Below, piece by piece: positions 9,162 through 19,693 of a DNA stretch of 64,000 nucleotides (position 1 is the stretch's first letter; the number at the start of each line of letters is the position of its first letter). The stretch covers positions 4,717 to 68,716 of the forward strand of contig JACWEB010000002.1 in assembly GCA_014653715.1 (NCBI GenBank), written 5' to 3'. This DNA comes from Pelagibacterales bacterium SAG-MED31. Lineage in GTDB: Bacteria > Pseudomonadota > Alphaproteobacteria > HIMB59 > GCA-002718135. The notes beneath the pieces were generated by a model that worked only from the letters and a program-made list of their open reading frames with translations, had not been told where the DNA came from and searched no databases. A program made the position numbers and the translations under genes.

Positions 9162-11801
9162 ATGCAATCTCTAAATTCATTCAATGCTTGTAGAAATATA
9201 GCAATCGATAAAAATAAATATAAGTATTTTGACTTGAATATACTTGCAAATATCTATGATTTTGATCTACTAAAAGTTCCTAATTCAATCAAAATTATTC
9301 TTGAAAATTTGATTAGAAATGAGGACGGAGAGTCAGTTACAAAAGAAATGATCTCTAGTTTATGCAGGAAAATATTTGAATCTAAAGATAATTTTGAAAT
9401 ATCTTTTTCACCTACTCGTGTTCTTATGCAAGATTTTACAGGCGTTCCAGCAGTAGCTGATTTAGCTGCAATGCGCGATGCATTAAAAAAGAAAGGTATC
9501 GATCCTAATAAAATTAATCCATTATCAAGAGTTGATCTTGTAATAGATCACTCTGTTATGGTCGATCATTTTGGAAATGATAAAGCATATGAAGAAAATG
9601 TAAAAAAAGAGTTTGAACGTAATAAAGAAAGGTACGAATTTTTAAAATGGGGCCAACATGCTTTTGATAATTTTTATCTTGCTCCTCCTGGAGGAGGAAT
9701 ATGTCATCAAGTAAATCTTGAAAATATTGCGACAACTATTTGGTTAGGTAAAATTGGTAAGCATAACTATCTTTATCCAGACTCAGTAGTTGGAACTGAT
9801 AGTCACACAACAATGGTGAATGCCCTTTCAGTTTTAGGTTGGGGAGTTGGTGGTATAGAAGCTGAAGCTGCAATGTTAGGTCAGCCAATATCCATGAATG
9901 TTCCAAAAGTAGTTGGTTTCAAGTTAGATGGTAAGTTACAAGAGGGTATTACAGCAACAGATCTGGTTTTGACCATAACTAAAATATTAAGAGAACATGG
10001 AGTAGTTGGAAAGTTTGTGGAGTTTTATGGTGAAGGCTTAAATAATTTGTCTCTTTCTGACAGATCAACCATTTCAAATATGGCACCAGAATATGGAGCA
10101 ACAAGTGGTTTTTTTTCAACAGATCAAGAAACAATTAAGTATTTAGAATTATCTGGAAAAGACGAACATCAAATTCAAATTGTCAAAAAATATACATCAA
10201 TGCAAAAGCTTTGGATTGATGACAAATACGATCCATACTTTGATGAAAAATTAAACTTAGATTTGACTAAAATAGAGCCATCAGTTGCAGGTCCAAAAAG
10301 ACCACAGGATAAAATACTTGTAAGAAATATTCCTGAAGTATTTAAAACTATAGACGGTAGTAGTTACGATAAATCAATTAATAATAAGAAACTTCAATCT
10401 GGAGATGTTGTTATTGCGGCTATAACAAGTTGTACAAATACTTCGAACCCCAATGTCATGATTGCTGCGGGTTTAGTTGCTAAAAAAGCAGTTGAGTTTG
10501 GGATAACTGTTAAACCATGGGTAAAAACAAGTTTAGCACCTGGAAGTAAAGTTGTTAGTGATTATTTAGATAAAGCTAATTTATCTCAATATCTTGACCA
10601 AATTGGTTTTAATTTGGTTGGTTATGGCTGTACGACTTGTATAGGTAACTCAGGACCCCTTAAGGAATGGGTATCAAATGAAATAAAAAATAATAAATTA
10701 ACAGTTTGCTCAGTATTGTCAGGTAATAGAAATTTTGAGGGCAGAGTTCATCAAGAAGTAAAGGCTAATTTTTTAGCCTCACCTCCTCTTGTAGTTGCTT
10801 TTGCTATTGCAGGTAATATGAATGTTGATGTATTCAATGAACCTATAGGAGTTAGCAAATTAGGGAAAGAAATATATTTAAAGGATTTATGGCCATCATC
10901 ATCTGAAATAAATAAAATTGTTGATAATTCAATATCTATTGAAATGTTTAAGAAAAGATATGAAGAAATTTACATCGGTGATCAAAATTGGCAATCAATT
11001 GTTAGTATTCCAGAAAAGACTTATTCTTGGAACAATTCAAGCACATACATAAAACATCCACCTTTTTTTACTGATGAAAAAAATCATGTGAAAGATATAA
11101 TAAGCGCAAGAATTCTTGCTATGCTTGGTGATAGTGTTACGACAGATCATATTTCACCAGCGGGAGCAATAAAGTTAGATAGCCCTGCTGGTAAATATTT
11201 AAATGAAAGACAAATAAGTAGAAAAGATTTCAACTCATATGGTTCTAGAAGAGGCAATCATGAAATTATGATGAGGGGTACTTTTGCTAATATTCGTATT
11301 AAAAATGAAATTGTTCCTGAGACAGAAGGCGGAATCACAAAATTTTTTGATCAAGACGAGCAAATGTCAATTTATGATGCTGCTATCAAATATCAAAAAA
11401 AAGATATTCCCCTCGTTGTTTTTGCGGGAAAAGAATACGGGACCGGATCTTCAAGAGACTGGGCTGCAAAAGGGACTAAGTTACTAGGTATAAAAGCTGT
11501 TATCGCTGAAAGTTTTGAGAGAATACATCGATCAAATTTAATTGGTATGGGGGTTTTACCTTTACAGTTTATAGGAAAACAAAACAAAAAATCACTTAAA
11601 CTTAATGGAAGTGAAATTATTTCAATAAAAGGCTTGGCAAATATTAGTCCAAACTCAGAAATTGATTGTGAAATTTTATCAGATAAAAAAATAGATATAA
11701 AACTTTTATGTAGAATAGACACGATTAAAGAACTGGATTATTATAGTCAAGGTGGTATTCTTCAATACGTGTTAAATTCAATAATTAAAAAAGCATCATA
11801 A
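9162..11801 (+). CDS. acnA: Aconitate hydratase A
   Basis: QDFTGVP, IDHS, GTDSHT, TSCTNTSNP, GCTTCIGNSG, TTDHISP and GSSRDWAAKG motifs. Confidence 0.98.
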   Translation: MQSLNSFNACRNIAIDKNKYKYFDLNILANIYDFDLLKVPNSIKIILENLIRNEDGESVTKEMISSLCRKIFESKDNFEISFSPTRVLMQDFTGVPAVADLAAMRDALKKKGIDPNKINPLSRVDLVIDHSVMVDHFGNDKAYEENVKKEFERNKERYEFLKWGQHAFDNFYLAPPGGGICHQVNLENIATTIWLGKIGKHNYLYPDSVVGTDSHTTMVNALSVLGWGVGGIEAEAAMLGQPISMNVPKVVGFKLDGKLQEGITATDLVLTITKILREHGVVGKFVEFYGEGLNNLSLSDRSTISNMAPEYGATSGFFSTDQETIKYLELSGKDEHQIQIVKKYTSMQKLWIDDKYDPYFDEKLNLDLTKIEPSVAGPKRPQDKILVRNIPEVFKTIDGSSYDKSINNKKLQSGDVVIAAITSCTNTSNPNVMIAAGLVAKKAVEFGITVKPWVKTSLAPGSKVVSDYLDKANLSQYLDQIGFNLVGYGCTTCIGNSGPLKEWVSNEIKNNKLTVCSVLSGNRNFEGRVHQEVKANFLASPPLVVAFAIAGNMNVDVFNEPIGVSKLGKEIYLKDLWPSSSEINKIVDNSISIEMFKKRYEEIYIGDQNWQSIVSIPEKTYSWNNSSTYIKHPPFFTDEKNHVKDIISARILAMLGDSVTTDHISPAGAIKLDSPAGKYLNERQISRKDFNSYGSRRGNHEIMMRGTFANIRIKNEIVPETEGGITKFFDQDEQMSIYDAAIKYQKKDIPLVVFAGKEYGTGSSRDWAAKGTKLLGIKAVIAESFERIHRSNLIGMGVLPLQFIGKQNKKSLKLNGSEIISIKGLANISPNSEIDCEILSDKKIDIKLLCRIDTIKELDYYSQGGILQYVLNSIIKKAS

Positions 11802-11806
11802 AATTA

Positions 11807-14371
11807 GTGAGTGAAGTTGACGGCAACTTAGTAGCCATATTAGGTCCTACTAATACTGGAAAAACCTATCTAGCATTTGATAGACTTATGTCATATCAGT
11901 CAGGTATATTTGGTTTTCCACTGCGTTTATTAGCTCGTGAGAATTATGATAAGGCTGTAAAAAGGATTGGAATTAATAATGTTGCATTAATAACAGGCGA
12001 AGAAAAATTTATTCCAAAAGAAGCTAAATATTTCTTTTGTACCGTAGAGTCTATTCCTAAAAATCTTAGTGTAGAATGTGTTGCTATTGATGAAATCCAA
12101 TTAGCATCAGATTATGAAAGAGGACATGTATTTACTGAACATCTTTTAAATACTAGGGGAGAATTTGAGACTATTTTTTTAGGATCTTTAACAATTAAAT
12201 CATTATTATTAAAAATATTTTCAAATATTAAATTTGAGTTTAGAGAAAGATTTTCTGAACTTACATTTACTTCAAATAGAAGTTTTTCAAAACTTAAACC
12301 TCGCTCAGCAGTAATTGCCTTCAATATAAATAATGTTTATGAAATTGCTGAAAATCTAAAATCTCATAGAGGTGGTGCAGCAGTTGTGCTTGGCTCATTA
12401 AGTCCTCGAACTAGGAATGCACAAGTTGAGATGTATGAGGAAAAAAAAGTTGATTATCTTGTTGCAACAGATGCAATTGGAATGGGACTAAACCTGAATA
12501 TTGACCACATTGCTTTTTCTTCAGTAGAAAAATACGACGGAAGATTTAAAAGAAATTTATTCCCCAATGAAATTGGACAAATTGCTGGAAGAGCTGGCAG
12601 ATATGAAAAAAATGGAACTTTTTCATTGTTGAAAGATGCTGGTGAGTTGGACACAAAAACTATAAAAGATATTGAAGACAGTAATTTTTTTTCAATTAAT
12701 AAAATATATTGGAGAAATACATCTCTTGATTTTTCCAATATTGAGAGTTTTCTTGCAAGTTTAAAAGAGTTTCCTGTTCATAATTTCTTTATTCATAAAA
12801 AAAATGCAACTGACGAATTAAACTTTAGACATTTAATTGAAGATCAAAACATAAAGAAGTTATTGACAGAAAAAGAAAGAATAAAATTACTTTGGGATGT
12901 TTGTAGAATTCCAGATTTTCAAAAATTATTTAATGATACTTATCTTCAATTTCTCAAAACAATTTTTTTACTTTTAATTAAAAATGAAAAAATACCTAAA
13001 TTATGGCTTGAAAAAAATATTTTAGGACTCCAAAATTATAATGGCGGCATAGAAGAACTTTCATCAAAAATTTCTCAGGTAAGAACATGGACATATATAT
13101 CAAATCATCCAAATTGGATTAATAATGAAAAATATTGGCAGGAAATTACTCAAAAAATTGAAAATGATTTATCTGATAATTTGCATGAAAGATTAACTAA
13201 TAGATTTGTTGACTTAAACTCTAAATATTTCATAAAATCCAATGAAAAACATTTAAACCAAGATTTAAAAGTAATAAATGATAAAATAATAACAATTAAT
13301 GGTAAAAAATACGCCGCATTTTTAGGTTTTGATTTAAAATTGGATAAAAATGCAATTTCTCATTCTCTTTTTTCTCTAACTCATGTAAAAAAATTAGCAA
13401 GAATAATGATTGAAGAAAAAATTAAAATTTTTTTAAATGCTCCTAATGAGTCAATAAATTTTGGCAATATTTATGACATAGATTTTAATCAAAATATTAA
13501 AATTTACTGGGGAGAGGAATTGGTGGGATATCTTATAAAGGGCTCAAATATATCATCTCCTGTTGCAGAGGCTTTAAACACTGAATACATAACCAGTGAA
13601 AATAGATTATTAATTGCTGCAAAACTTCAAAAATGGATTGATGAATTAATTAAAATATTATTGTGGCCAATAAAAGAAAATGATGATGAAAATATTCCTG
13701 CTAATATCAGGGCTATTAAATTTAATGTATTTGAAAATTTTGGAACAATTGCTATTGAGCAATTCAGTAGTACTCTAAAAAATATATCTCTTGAAGAAAA
13801 AAACATAATATCAAAGTTAGGTATTCGCATGGGTGCTAAGTATTTTTTTGTTCCTAATTTTTTAAAAAAAGCACCAATGGAAACAGCTGCTCTTTTATGG
13901 TGTATTTATAATGATTATAAATTTGAAGGCCCTATCTCATTGCCAAAAGATGGCAGAGTATCTTTTGAGATTAAAAATGAAATGAAAAGAGATTATTGGC
14001 CAGCAATTGGCTACATAAAATTGAATAATTTTGCATTAAGGGTTGATGTTTTCGAAAGAATTTTTTTTATAGCAAGGCAAAAAATTAAAAATGGTCCTTT
14101 TATTGACTCATCAGATTTAATGAATCCAGTCGGTTGTGATAGAGATCAATTAAGAGATATTTTAAAATTTTGTGGCTTTAGTGTATTAAAATTAAATAAT
14201 GAAAGAGATTTATATTATAATGAACTAAAAAAATATTCCAAAAAATTAACAAAAGATAAATCAAAAAAAATAAATATTAAAAAAAATAACAAAATAACTA
14301 AAAATTTAAATAAAAATAAAAAGCTAGTAGATCCAAATTCTCCTTTTGCAGTTTTGGAAAAACTACTTTAA
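11807..14371 (+). CDS. SUV3/MgpS-like SF2 helicase
   Basis: GPTNTGKT, IDEIQ, ATDAIGMGLN, QIAGRAGR and C-terminal DPNSPFAVL; usual position upstream of fdxA-carD. Confidence 0.92.
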   Translation: MSEVDGNLVAILGPTNTGKTYLAFDRLMSYQSGIFGFPLRLLARENYDKAVKRIGINNVALITGEEKFIPKEAKYFFCTVESIPKNLSVECVAIDEIQLASDYERGHVFTEHLLNTRGEFETIFLGSLTIKSLLLKIFSNIKFEFRERFSELTFTSNRSFSKLKPRSAVIAFNINNVYEIAENLKSHRGGAAVVLGSLSPRTRNAQVEMYEEKKVDYLVATDAIGMGLNLNIDHIAFSSVEKYDGRFKRNLFPNEIGQIAGRAGRYEKNGTFSLLKDAGELDTKTIKDIEDSNFFSINKIYWRNTSLDFSNIESFLASLKEFPVHNFFIHKKNATDELNFRHLIEDQNIKKLLTEKERIKLLWDVCRIPDFQKLFNDTYLQFLKTIFLLLIKNEKIPKLWLEKNILGLQNYNGGIEELSSKISQVRTWTYISNHPNWINNEKYWQEITQKIENDLSDNLHERLTNRFVDLNSKYFIKSNEKHLNQDLKVINDKIITINGKKYAAFLGFDLKLDKNAISHSLFSLTHVKKLARIMIEEKIKIFLNAPNESINFGNIYDIDFNQNIKIYWGEELVGYLIKGSNISSPVAEALNTEYITSENRLLIAAKLQKWIDELIKILLWPIKENDDENIPANIRAIKFNVFENFGTIAIEQFSSTLKNISLEEKNIISKLGIRMGAKYFFVPNFLKKAPMETAALLWCIYNDYKFEGPISLPKDGRVSFEIKNEMKRDYWPAIGYIKLNNFALRVDVFERIFFIARQKIKNGPFIDSSDLMNPVGCDRDQLRDILKFCGFSVLKLNNERDLYYNELKKYSKKLTKDKSKKINIKKNNKITKNLNKNKKLVDPNSPFAVLEKLL

Positions 14372-14406
14372 AGAAATTTAAATATAAAAAATTAAAAGGT
14401 ATAAAG

Positions 14407-14862
14407 TTGCTACAATCTCTAAAAAATATATTTTCAAATAATAACAATCAAAATCAATCAAATGATAATCATAATGATATCGATATTTTAGCCGGTTTGT
14501 TAATTGAGGCAGCAAATACTGATGGCAAAGTATCACCTGATGAAGTAAATAAAATTTCGTTAAGTTTAATAAATATTTTTAAGGAAAATCCTAAGGATGT
14601 GGATATTGCACTTTCAAGAGCAATTGATGACAAAGATAACTCACACTCTTTGTTTTTTTATACTTCTAAACTAAATAAATCTTTTTCACCTGAAAAGAAA
14701 ATATTATTAATCGAAGTACTATGGGAGGTTATCTTATCTGATAATGAAATTCATGATTTTGAGTCAAATCTTTTAAGAAGATTAGCTGGATTACTATATG
14801 TTTCAGATATTGAATGTGGTAAAGCAAAAAAAAGAGCCGAGAATAAAGTAAATAAAATATGA
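14407..14862 (+). CDS. TerB family protein
   Basis: [35 protein letters not shown]. Confidence 0.85.
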   Translation: MLQSLKNIFSNNNNQNQSNDNHNDIDILAGLLIEAANTDGKVSPDEVNKISLSLINIFKENPKDVDIALSRAIDDKDNSHSLFFYTSKLNKSFSPEKKILLIEVLWEVILSDNEIHDFESNLLRRLAGLLYVSDIECGKAKKRAENKVNKI

Positions 14863-15191
14863 CCTATGTAGTTGATGAGAGCTGTATTAAATGTAAACAT
14901 ATGGATTGTGTCGATGTATGTCCCGTTGATTGTTTTTATGAAGGTGAAAATATGTTAGTTATTCATCCAGATGAATGTATAGACTGTGGAGTATGTGAAC
15001 CTGAGTGCCCTATTGATGCAATACATTCCGATACTGAGGAGGGAATGGAAAGATGGGCGGAAATAAATCGTAAGTATTCTGAGTTATGGCCTGTAATAAC
15101 TGAAAAAAAAGAACCACCAATTGATGCTAAAGAATGGGAAGGTATTGAGAATAAATTTCAAGATCACTTTAGTGAAAAACCAGGAAGTTAA
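14859..15191 (+). CDS. fdxA: 7Fe ferredoxin
   Basis: [22 protein letters not shown]...[12 protein letters not shown]. Confidence 0.96.
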   Translation: MTYVVDESCIKCKHMDCVDVCPVDCFYEGENMLVIHPDECIDCGVCEPECPIDAIHSDTEEGMERWAEINRKYSELWPVITEKKEPPIDAKEWEGIENKFQDHFSEKPGS

Positions 15192-15193
15192 AA

Positions 15194-15694
15194 ATGGCAA
15201 AAAAGAACTCTCAATTTAAATCAGGGGAAATAGTTGTATATCCTAAACACGGTGTTGGCGAAGTTGTAAAAATTGAAACTATGGAGATAGCAAGCATTAA
15301 AACAAATTTTTATGTTGTTAAAATGGAACAATCAAAGTTAACAATAAGAGTTCCTACTGATAAGTTAGAACAAGTGGGTTTAAGAAAAATTTCTTCAAAA
15401 AAAATAATAGAAGAAGTATTTGATATTTTAAAGTTAAAACCAAAAATCAGAAGAATTATGTGGAGTAGAAGAGCTCAAGAATATGATGCAAAAATTTTCT
15501 CTGGAGATCCAATCAAAATAGCTGAAGTAGTTAGAGACCTGTTTAGAAAAACTAGTCAAGCTGAGCAATCATATAGTGAGAGACAAATGTTTCAAGTTGC
15601 AATAGAGAGATTAGCTAGAGAAGTTGCGGCTGTCGAAAAAACAGATTATTTTCAATCAACTGAAAAAATTGAAACAATCTTAAGAAATAAGTAG
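15194..15694 (+). CDS. carD: CarD/CdnL RNA polymerase-binding transcription factor
   Basis: VVYPKHGVG, MWSRRAQEY and QSYSER motifs. Confidence 0.95.
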   Translation: MAKKNSQFKSGEIVVYPKHGVGEVVKIETMEIASIKTNFYVVKMEQSKLTIRVPTDKLEQVGLRKISSKKIIEEVFDILKLKPKIRRIMWSRRAQEYDAKIFSGDPIKIAEVVRDLFRKTSQAEQSYSERQMFQVAIERLAREVAAVEKTDYFQSTEKIETILRNK

Positions 15695-16507
15695 TTGGAC
15701 AATACAACCAATTTTTCTGAATTAGTAGATGTAAATAAGATTTGGGCAATTGGATCTATACATTCGAGCATAGAGGCATTTCAATCTATTAAAAAATATA
15801 TCCTTTCAAATTTTGAGGTAGGTGATAAAATAATTTTTTTAGGGAACATTATAGGCTTTAGAAAACGATCTAAAGAAATAATTACAGAGGTTCTTAGATT
15901 AAGATTTGAACTTATGGCTAAATTTAAATTAAGTAGTAACAACATTGTTTTTCTTAGAGGTGCGCAAGAAGAGATGTTTAGTAAACTTCTTCAATTACAA
16001 ATCGCTCCAAATCCAAAAGAAATTTTAGACTGGATATTTAGTCATGGTGTTGATCAAACAATAATTTCATACGACTTTGATCCTAATGAGTTTAAAAAAA
16101 CTGCATCACAGGGAACAATTCAAATAAATAAATTAACTACAAAACTTAACAGTAAGATAATTTCTACTCCAGGTCATAAAGAGTTTTTCTCAAATTTAAA
16201 ACACGCAGCATATACTGATACAAAAAATGTTTTATTCGTAAATAGAGGTGTTGATATTTCAAGACCTTTATCAGCACAAAATGATTGTTTTTGGTGGGGG
16301 TATCAAAGTTTCTCTGAAATTAATAAACCTTACTTTTCATTCAAAAGAATTGTAAGAGGTTATCAATCTAATAAATACAATGATATAGAAAGATCAAAAA
16401 ACAAGGTTTTATGTACATTATTTAAACAACCACTCACGAACAATAAAATTTTAGGGGGTATTTTTTCTAAAAATGGAGATATTTTAGATTTATTTGAATC
16501 AAAATGA
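15695..16507 (+). CDS. Calcineurin-like/PPP metallophosphoesterase-fold protein with degenerate active site
   Basis: Motif order is kept but the ligands are changed: AIGSIHS (GDxHG), FLGNIIG (GDxxDRG), LRGAQEE (GNHE), FVNRGV (HAG), IVRGYQ (HGH). TTG start abuts the carD stop. Confidence 0.75.
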   Translation: MDNTTNFSELVDVNKIWAIGSIHSSIEAFQSIKKYILSNFEVGDKIIFLGNIIGFRKRSKEIITEVLRLRFELMAKFKLSSNNIVFLRGAQEEMFSKLLQLQIAPNPKEILDWIFSHGVDQTIISYDFDPNEFKKTASQGTIQINKLTTKLNSKIISTPGHKEFFSNLKHAAYTDTKNVLFVNRGVDISRPLSAQNDCFWWGYQSFSEINKPYFSFKRIVRGYQSNKYNDIERSKNKVLCTLFKQPLTNNKILGGIFSKNGDILDLFESK

Positions 16508-16540
16508 TCTAAAGTTAATATTATGCGTATAACTATATAT

Positions 16541-17404
16541 ATGTCCATAAAAGCTTTGATTGCAAACAATCTTGTTGATTTTTCTAAGAAATCTAAAATC
16601 CTCGAAAAAAAAGAAGAATTCTTCCATATAGACAATTGGAAAAATAATAGAAATGCAAAATCACTTCAAGTTATTTTAAACTCTTATTTAAGATTAGCTG
16701 TTTCTTACGCAAGAAAGTATAAAAGTTATGGCCTACCTCTTGATGATCTAATTCACGAGGGTGTTCTCGGCATAATGCACGCTCTTGAAAAGTTTGATAT
16801 CTCAAAAGATTTTAGGCTATCAACTTACGCATCATGGTGGATTAGAGCCTCAATTCAAGATTACATTTTAAAAAATTGGTCTGTAGTAAAGACCGGTTCA
16901 ACTGCATCACAAAAAGCTCTTTTTTTTAATTTAAGAAAAATTAAACAACAGATATCTGATGCATCTTCTGATTTCATGGGACAAAAAGAGATTAATAAAG
17001 TAACTGAAATGTTAAATGTTAAAAGCTTTGAAGTACAAAATATGGAGTCAAGATTAAGTGGTGGTGATGTTTTTCTTAACCAAAAAATTGATAATGATTC
17101 TGAAAATGACTTAATGAGTTTATTACAAGACGACAGAGAAAATCCTGAAGAATCTTATCAAAATTTTAATGATGGTAAAATAAAAAAAGACTTTTTAGAA
17201 AAAGCCATTCTAACCCTTAACGAAAGAGAAAGAATGATTATTAAGCTTAGAAAGTTAAGAGAAAAAAGTATTACTCTGGATGAGTTAGGACAAATGCTTA
17301 AAATTAGCAAAGAAAGAGTTAGGCAGATTGAAACAAAAGCACTTGAAAAACTTAAAGAAACTATTCTTGATATTTCTCAACAAAATAAAGAATTTTTTAT
17401 TTGA
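16541..17404 (+). CDS. rpoH: RNA polymerase sigma-32 factor (RpoH2-like by position and RpoH box)
   Basis: DDLIHEG, FRLSTYASWWIRA, RpoH box QKALFFNLR, ISKERVRQIE. Start could be 16523 or 16541. Confidence 0.92.
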   Translation: MSIKALIANNLVDFSKKSKILEKKEEFFHIDNWKNNRNAKSLQVILNSYLRLAVSYARKYKSYGLPLDDLIHEGVLGIMHALEKFDISKDFRLSTYASWWIRASIQDYILKNWSVVKTGSTASQKALFFNLRKIKQQISDASSDFMGQKEINKVTEMLNVKSFEVQNMESRLSGGDVFLNQKIDNDSENDLMSLLQDDRENPEESYQNFNDGKIKKDFLEKAILTLNERERMIIKLRKLREKSITLDELGQMLKISKERVRQIETKALEKLKETILDISQQNKEFFI

Positions 17405-17435
17405 TACTTTTGATCTAATAAAATAGAGTTAACGC

Positions 17436-17969
17436 ATGTTTCGACTCATTTTATTATCACTAATAATATTATTAAAATCCCCATTAATTTTTGCTCAAGG
17501 TTATGATGTATTTGGTGTAGGTATATATGATGTCAAGTTCGATGGAACTTCTTCTAACTATGCAACTGATATTAGATTTGAAAGACGTTTTGATAAAACA
17601 TTGATCAATATTGGTCCAAAAGAAGATAATTTTTTTTATCTAAAACCTTTTACTGGAATAGAAGTTACAACTGAATCTGCATTCTATTTTTTAGGGGGTA
17701 TTTACCTGGAGGACAATTTAGGAAAATTATTAATTGGAAATGAAAATGAATGGAATTTTACCCCAAGTTTTGGTTTAGGTTACTATGATGATGGTAATGG
17801 TAAAAAATTAGGAAATAAACTTGAATTTAGAACTACTTTTGAAATAAGTTATCAATTAAAAAATGAAAATAGAATTGGTTTTTCTTTAGGTCATATATCA
17901 AATGCAAATATAGGAAATAAAAATCCAGGAGTAGAAATAATTAGCTTCACTTTTCAAAAACCTTTTTAA
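17436..17969 (+). CDS. PagL-like lipid A 3-O-deacylase / acyloxyacyl hydrolase family outer-membrane protein
   Basis: Signal peptide, LEFRTT, catalytic HISNA motif, NPGVE, terminal Phe. Confidence 0.85.
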   Translation: MFRLILLSLIILLKSPLIFAQGYDVFGVGIYDVKFDGTSSNYATDIRFERRFDKTLINIGPKEDNFFYLKPFTGIEVTTESAFYFLGGIYLEDNLGKLLIGNENEWNFTPSFGLGYYDDGNGKKLGNKLEFRTTFEISYQLKNENRIGFSLGHISNANIGNKNPGVEIISFTFQKPF

Positions 17970-18952
17970 TTTATTAATACTTTCTTTTCTTTTACAAAAT
18001 TAAGGAATATTTTCTCAAGTATTTCAAAATTATGCTTTTGCATTTGTGAGTGAATATCAATTTTAAATTTTTTACCCTCAGGAACACCAAAAAAAATATT
18101 CAGTAAAGGGCTTAGTAATCTATATATGGAATCCTTACCTAATTTAGGTCTTATAAAATTAAAGTAATCTTTAATAGTGTTTTCAGAAATTATATAATTA
18201 TTTTTTTGATTATAGAACATGCTGTCGACATTTTTAAGACAAAAAGGATTATTTTGTATTAATCTTCCTAACATTACTCCATCATAAACTTTAGATAATT
18301 GAAGTGCCGTTTCCATACTATTAATTCCACCATTTAAAATAAAATTAATATTTGGGTATCTGGACTTAATTTTCGATACAAAATCATAATTTAATGGTGG
18401 TATATTTCTATTTCCCTTTGGGCTTACTCCAGTCAAAATTGCATTTCTAGCATGAACATAAACTATTTTAATTCCACTTTTTAAAATCTCGTCAATAAAT
18501 TCTTCAAAAAAATCAAAATTAAATTCTTTTCCAATCCCTATTCTGCATTTAATTGAAACTTCTATCTCTTTATTAATTTGCATTGCATCAAGACAATTTT
18601 TAACAAGTACTTTATCTTTCATCAGACAAGCACCAAAACTTCCTTTTTGAACAGCTTTGCTCGGACATCCAACATTTAAATTTATTTCGTCATAATTCAA
18701 ATCATAAGCAATTTTTGAACTTAATTTAAGTTCATCAAATTCAGATCCTCCCACTTGAAGAGCAATAGGGTTTTGAAATTCATTTGCAATTATTGAGTTG
18801 ACTGACTTAGAATAAATAAGTGTTTTTGTAGCAATCATTTCAGAAAATAAAAAAGTTTTTTTTGATAAGATTCTATAGAGATTTCTTGCGTATGGAGTTG
18901 TATAACCCATCATTGGCGCAACACAAAATTTTCTATCAATAATTTTTTTCAT
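17966..18952 (-). CDS. dusA: tRNA dihydrouridine synthase (DusA-like)
   Basis: VAPMMG, EINLNVGCPS, GACLM, VHARNA and NGGI motifs. Confidence 0.9.
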   Translation of the reverse strand: MKKIIDRKFCVAPMMGYTTPYARNLYRILSKKTFLFSEMIATKTLIYSKSVNSIIANEFQNPIALQVGGSEFDELKLSSKIAYDLNYDEINLNVGCPSKAVQKGSFGACLMKDKVLVKNCLDAMQINKEIEVSIKCRIGIGKEFNFDFFEEFIDEILKSGIKIVYVHARNAILTGVSPKGNRNIPPLNYDFVSKIKSRYPNINFILNGGINSMETALQLSKVYDGVMLGRLIQNNPFCLKNVDSMFYNQKNNYIISENTIKDYFNFIRPKLGKDSIYRLLSPLLNIFFGVPEGKKFKIDIHSQMQKHNFEILEKIFLNFVKEKKVLIN

Positions 18953-19045
18953 TAATAAACCTTATTTTAAAAATATAATATGTAAATAAACCTGTAATTC
19001 CTTGCCTACAATAACTAGTTAATATAAATTAAAAAAAAGTGCTTT

Positions 19046-19690
19046 ATGATTAACCAACTTGCCCCGCTTCCAGAGTTTTTAGTTAAAAAATATAACAATT
19101 GGAAATCAACTTCGTATCTAAAAAATCAAAATCATTTTAGAAACTTAGCATCTTTTGGTCAGAATCCATCTTCAATGATAATATCTTGTTGCGACTCCAG
19201 GGTTCATGCAACCTCAATTTTTGGCGTTGATGCTGGAGAGTTTTTTATTCATAGAAACATTGCAAACCTAGTCCCGCCATATTCTCCTGATGGTGAAAAT
19301 CATGGGACATCTTCCGCTATAGAATACGCAATAAAAGAGCTAAAAATACAACACTTAATTATCTTAGGACATACTGATTGTGGAGGAATTAAAAGTGGAC
19401 ATAGTTTACACTCAAAAAATTTAAATCCTGATTATGAATTTATTAATAAATGGTTAAGTATACTTTTGCCTGCTTTTAATAATATTGAAAAAAATATTAC
19501 CAAAAAAAAACAAATAGAACAACTCGAGGAGGAGAGTATTAAAATTTCCATTATTAATTTATTTAGCTTTCCATATATTAAAAAAGCAGTTGAGAATAAA
19601 GATCTATCAGTTCATGGATTAATCCACGATATTGGTTCTGGCGAAATAAAGTTTTTAAATCCAACTACAAAAAATTTTGAAAAACTATAA
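19046..19690 (+). CDS. Beta-class carbonic anhydrase
   Basis: CCDSRV, RNIANLVPP and GHTDCGG zinc-ligand motifs. Confidence 0.95.
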   Translation: MINQLAPLPEFLVKKYNNWKSTSYLKNQNHFRNLASFGQNPSSMIISCCDSRVHATSIFGVDAGEFFIHRNIANLVPPYSPDGENHGTSSAIEYAIKELKIQHLIILGHTDCGGIKSGHSLHSKNLNPDYEFINKWLSILLPAFNNIEKNITKKKQIEQLEEESIKISIINLFSFPYIKKAVENKDLSVHGLIHDIGSGEIKFLNPTTKNFEKL

Positions 19691-19693
19691 AAA

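Noticed and set aside
14407..14862. TerB plus helicase read as an anti-phage or tellurite system
   Set aside because: The helicase is the housekeeping SUV3/MgpS type in its usual fdxA-carD context, and no other ter or defence genes are present.
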